Source: Verrucomicrobiales bacterium (lineage in GTDB: Bacteria > Verrucomicrobiota > Verrucomicrobiia > Limisphaerales > UBA9464). Taken from it: DNA of 57,315 bases. The DNA lies in contig SYMJ01000188.1 of assembly GCA_005805505.1 (NCBI GenBank), positions 1 to 57,315 of the forward strand, in the 5' to 3' direction. Each line of letters starts with the position of its first letter. Within the stretch, counting starts at the first letter, position 1. The notes below the pieces were generated by a model. That model had not been told where the DNA came from, made no database searches, and was given only the letters and a program-made list of their open reading frames with translations. Positions 54,772 to 57,315 of this stretch are shown here, piece by piece. The position numbers were made by a program, and so were the translations under genes.

Positions 54772-54967
54772 AGCCTTCCACATCGTGTTTGTCGCGGCCT
54801 CAGTCATTCTGATGGCGTTCCTGACCGGATGGAGTTTCTTGGCGTACCAAGAGACCCACTCTTCGGAATACCTTGTATGGAGTCTGTGCGCGGCATGCTC
54901 GGTGGTGGGCCTTGTGGTCTATGGTCGCTTCTTCCTCAGGAAGCTTCGGAACATCAGTTTTCTATGA
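54761..54967 (+). CDS. Small two-TM membrane protein (68 aa), uncharacterised
   Basis: The ATG at 54761 overlaps the coxIV stop by 11 nt. There are two hydrophobic helices and a basic C-terminal tail. Confidence 0.5.
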   Translation: MSLKAFHIVFVAASVILMAFLTGWSFLAYQETHSSEYLVWSLCAACSVVGLVVYGRFFLRKLRNISFL

Positions 54968-55218
54968 AATTCTGTTTAAGGATTTCCAGTGTCTTGGCTG
55001 CGGCATTGCTGTTAGTGCCGTCGTTGAACGCGTGCACCGCCTGTTTTGGCAAGACCGATGAGGCTCTCGCACAGGGCATGAATGCGGGCATCTACGTGAT
55101 GCTGGTTTTCGTGGTGGCTGCTTGGGTGTTATTCGGTAGTTTTTTTGTCTTTATTGCCCGTCGCTCCAAGCGTGTGAACGCGGAGGCTGAAACGGGCGAA
55201 TCTCCTTCGGTTCGATAG
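54964..55218 (+). CDS. Small signal-peptide/TM protein with CxxC motif (84 aa), uncharacterised
   Basis: It has an ATGA overlap with the preceding ORF. Sequence MKFCLRISSVLAAALLLVPSLNACTACFGK is followed by a TM helix and a basic tail. Confidence 0.5.
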   Translation: MKFCLRISSVLAAALLLVPSLNACTACFGKTDEALAQGMNAGIYVMLVFVVAAWVLFGSFFVFIARRSKRVNAEAETGESPSVR

Positions 55219-55239
55219 TTTTCAAATTTTCGGAAATAC

Positions 55240-56013
55240 ATGACCTCTCTGCTTCGATATTTTGGAATGCCTGAAGTGGCTTCGGCCCATGGCAAAGGCA
55301 TCGATGAATTGATCCTGTACGTGCACCTCCTCATGGGGGCGCTGTTTGTGGGATGGCTCGCCTACTTTATCTTTGTGATGTTTCGTTTCCACAAGTCTTC
55401 CAATCCCAAGGCTGATTACGTGGGTGTCCGCAGTCATGCTTCGACTTATCTGGAGATTGGTGTGGCCATCGTGGAGACAGTTCTGCTGATTGGCCTTGCC
55501 GTGCCCCTTTGGGCCAAGGCCGTGGACAGTCCTCCAGGTGCGGACCAAAAGCCCATTGAAATTCAGGTGATGGCCCAGCAGTTCGCTTGGGCGGCCCACT
55601 TCTCGGGAGCCGATGGCAAGTGGGGTAAGCAGGACACTAAATTTGCCGACCGTGTCAATCCTTTCGGATTGGATACGAACGATGCCGATGCGAAAGACGA
55701 CATCTCCGTGGTGACCGAACCCTTCTTGTTGCCGGTCAATCGTCCGGTCATTGCCAGAACCTCTAGCATGGATGTGATTCACTGCTTCAAGCTTGTATCC
55801 ATGCGAGTGACCCAAGACGTGATTCCTGGCTTGACCATTCCTGTGCACTTTACGCCGACCAAGATCGGAGATTTTACGATTACCTGCGCGCAGCTTTGCG
55901 GCAGCGGACACGCTTCGATGAGGGGTGCTTTCAAGGTGGTTTCGCAGGCGGATTACGATAAGTGGTTTGCCGAAAAGTCTAAGGCAGGCGGTGCAGGTGG
56001 CAGCTTCGAATAA
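55240..56013 (+). CDS. ctaC: Cytochrome c oxidase subunit II (CuA domain, no fused cytochrome c)
   Basis: There are two N-terminal TM helices. Motifs are DVIHCF and the CuA motif CAQLCGSGHASM. No CxxCH is present. Confidence 0.9.
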   Translation: MTSLLRYFGMPEVASAHGKGIDELILYVHLLMGALFVGWLAYFIFVMFRFHKSSNPKADYVGVRSHASTYLEIGVAIVETVLLIGLAVPLWAKAVDSPPGADQKPIEIQVMAQQFAWAAHFSGADGKWGKQDTKFADRVNPFGLDTNDADAKDDISVVTEPFLLPVNRPVIARTSSMDVIHCFKLVSMRVTQDVIPGLTIPVHFTPTKIGDFTITCAQLCGSGHASMRGAFKVVSQADYDKWFAEKSKAGGAGGSFE

Positions 56014-56090
56014 CCCTCTCGAATCAGGCTACCCATTGAGTCCGCCGGATCAGCCGCTGGTTTCATACCGGCGGCCTTTTTTTAATCACG

Positions 56091-56690
56091 ATGGAGTCGC
56101 ACATACAACGGGTTCTTTGGGGAACCCTGGTTGCCAGTTTGTTGGCGGTCTCGGTGGCCTATTTTCGCTCCCTGGGGGCGCCTCCCGTTGTTAGCCAGCT
56201 GCATGATTTCTCGCTGACCAATCAACTGGGGCAAACAGTGAGTAAGGATTCCCTTAGAGGGCGGATTAGTGTCGTCAACATAGTCTTCACCCGGTGTCCT
56301 ACTCAGTGCCGACGATTGTCGGCACAAATGCAGCGGCTTCAGTCTCGAATTCCATCTGGGGTGCGCCTGGTTTCTCTGACTGCGGATCCCGAGTACGACA
56401 CGCCGGAGGTTCTCAAGCGCTATGGATTGGAGTACCAAGCCTCCCCGGAAACCTGGTGGCTGCTCACCGGCCAAAAATCAGAAGTCTATCGGGTGGCGAT
56501 TGCCGATTTGAAATTCGCGGTGGTCGAATCAGGCGAACCGTCTGCAAAATTGGAGGATCTATTCATCCACACGGCGGATTTCGGGGTGCTGGATTCCAAG
56601 GGCCGCTTGCGATTTGTTATCCACAGCGAAGATTCGGATGCTGAAAATCAGGTCATCCGGTCCGTCAAGCGTCTCAAAGGTATTCTATGA
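56091..56690 (+). CDS. SCO1/SenC family copper chaperone
   Basis: It has a thioredoxin fold with FTRCPTQC (CxxxC) and a conserved His in FIHTADF. Confidence 0.85.
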   Translation: MESHIQRVLWGTLVASLLAVSVAYFRSLGAPPVVSQLHDFSLTNQLGQTVSKDSLRGRISVVNIVFTRCPTQCRRLSAQMQRLQSRIPSGVRLVSLTADPEYDTPEVLKRYGLEYQASPETWWLLTGQKSEVYRVAIADLKFAVVESGEPSAKLEDLFIHTADFGVLDSKGRLRFVIHSEDSDAENQVIRSVKRLKGIL

Positions 56691-57118
56691 ACCAATCCCT
56701 CCATTTCCTGCCGCTGGTCAACGCCTGTCTCAATGGCTTGGCGGGCATTCTTTTGGTGGCCGGACTCATTCATATCAAGGCCGGGCGTCGTGAGGCACAC
56801 CGCAAGTGCATGGTGGCGGCGTTTGTCACCTCTTGCGTCTTCTTGCTGTTGTACCTGACCCACAAGTACTTGCTGAAATCAGTTCACACCCCCTTCAAGG
56901 GGCCGGAGTTCCTCCGGCCCTGGTATTATGGGATGCTCTTTTCGCACATCCTTCTGGCCGCCGCGGTGCCGGTGTTGGCGATGATCACCTTGCGTCGTGC
57001 CAGTGCCGGAGACCTGGAGCGACATAAGAAGATCGCCCGTTGGACCTGGCCAATTTGGATGTATGTCTCGGTGACCGGAGTGTTGGTGTATCTGGTTCTC
57101 TACCAGATCTGGCCCTGA
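56687..57118 (+). CDS. DUF420 family membrane protein
   Basis: It is a 4-TM protein: LPLVNACLNGLAGILLVAG...HRKCM...FLLLYLTHKY...H..L. This family commonly accompanies aa3 oxidase genes. Confidence 0.75.
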   Translation: MNQSLHFLPLVNACLNGLAGILLVAGLIHIKAGRREAHRKCMVAAFVTSCVFLLLYLTHKYLLKSVHTPFKGPEFLRPWYYGMLFSHILLAAAVPVLAMITLRRASAGDLERHKKIARWTWPIWMYVSVTGVLVYLVLYQIWP

Positions 57119-57181
57119 TATCGGAGATCGGGCGCGCTCGGCTGCAACGCCGTCCTGCACGTTGGTTGCTCAGGTGTCAGC

Positions 57182-57227
57182 GGGCGGTCAAAACCAGCCA
57201 GTAAAGGGCGGTTCAAAACCAGCCAGT
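57182..57227 (+). repeat. Direct repeat gggcggt(t)caaaaccagccagt x2
   Basis: The copies are at 57182-57202 and 57206-57227 and differ by a single-nt indel. Confidence 0.8.
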
Positions 57228-57315
57228 GTCTGAGGTGAACAAGTTCATTGCCGAGCGGGCCCGATTATTGGGTCCGTGAGGGCGGATGAACCACCTCTGC
57301 GTGAGCACCTGCGAA

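Overview
This is a high-GC (roughly 58-60% by eye) chromosomal segment, probably from a PVC-superphylum bacterium and most likely Verrucomicrobiota. The taxonomic pointers are an H-X9-DG prepilin-like protein, a Pirellula/Verrucomicrobium-type membrane-bound dehydrogenase with a CxxCH heme-binding domain, a DWPQWRGP PQQ-propeller protein, and a CotH protein with lamin-tail domains. Most of the window is ordinary core genome: rsmD, gpx, ilvN, mutS, rph, prmA, polyprenyl synthase, an ECF sigma factor, pepF, and a RidA/D-TA/ADH operon. Three regions stand out. (1) Positions 1-4170 are a decaying mobile/defence patch. It holds an IS3-like transposase pseudogene and a type I-E cas3 gene truncated after helicase motif Ia. 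The cas3 stub sits about 20 nt from a 4-repeat/3-spacer CRISPR remnant. A 266-bp MITE-like insertion with a target-site duplication is nested in a ~150-bp REP-like element. An Rpn/YhgA-like nuclease gene is bracketed by two direct copies of that element. (2) Positions 21.4-22.9 kb hold a third REP-like copy, an AbrB-Doc toxin-antitoxin pair with an atypical Fic motif, and a ~575-bp gene-free gap. (3) Positions 48.5-57.1 kb hold a complete aa3-type cytochrome c oxidase cluster in a non-canonical gene order. It is preceded by a perfect CRP/FNR-type palindrome and a cupredoxin gene. It also contains an enlarged His-rich CoxIII loop and two small, translationally coupled membrane ORFs. A four-gene translationally coupled phosphorelay lies at 40.4-45.4 kb. 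I saw no rRNA or tRNA genes. All calls come from reading motifs by eye; no database search was possible.
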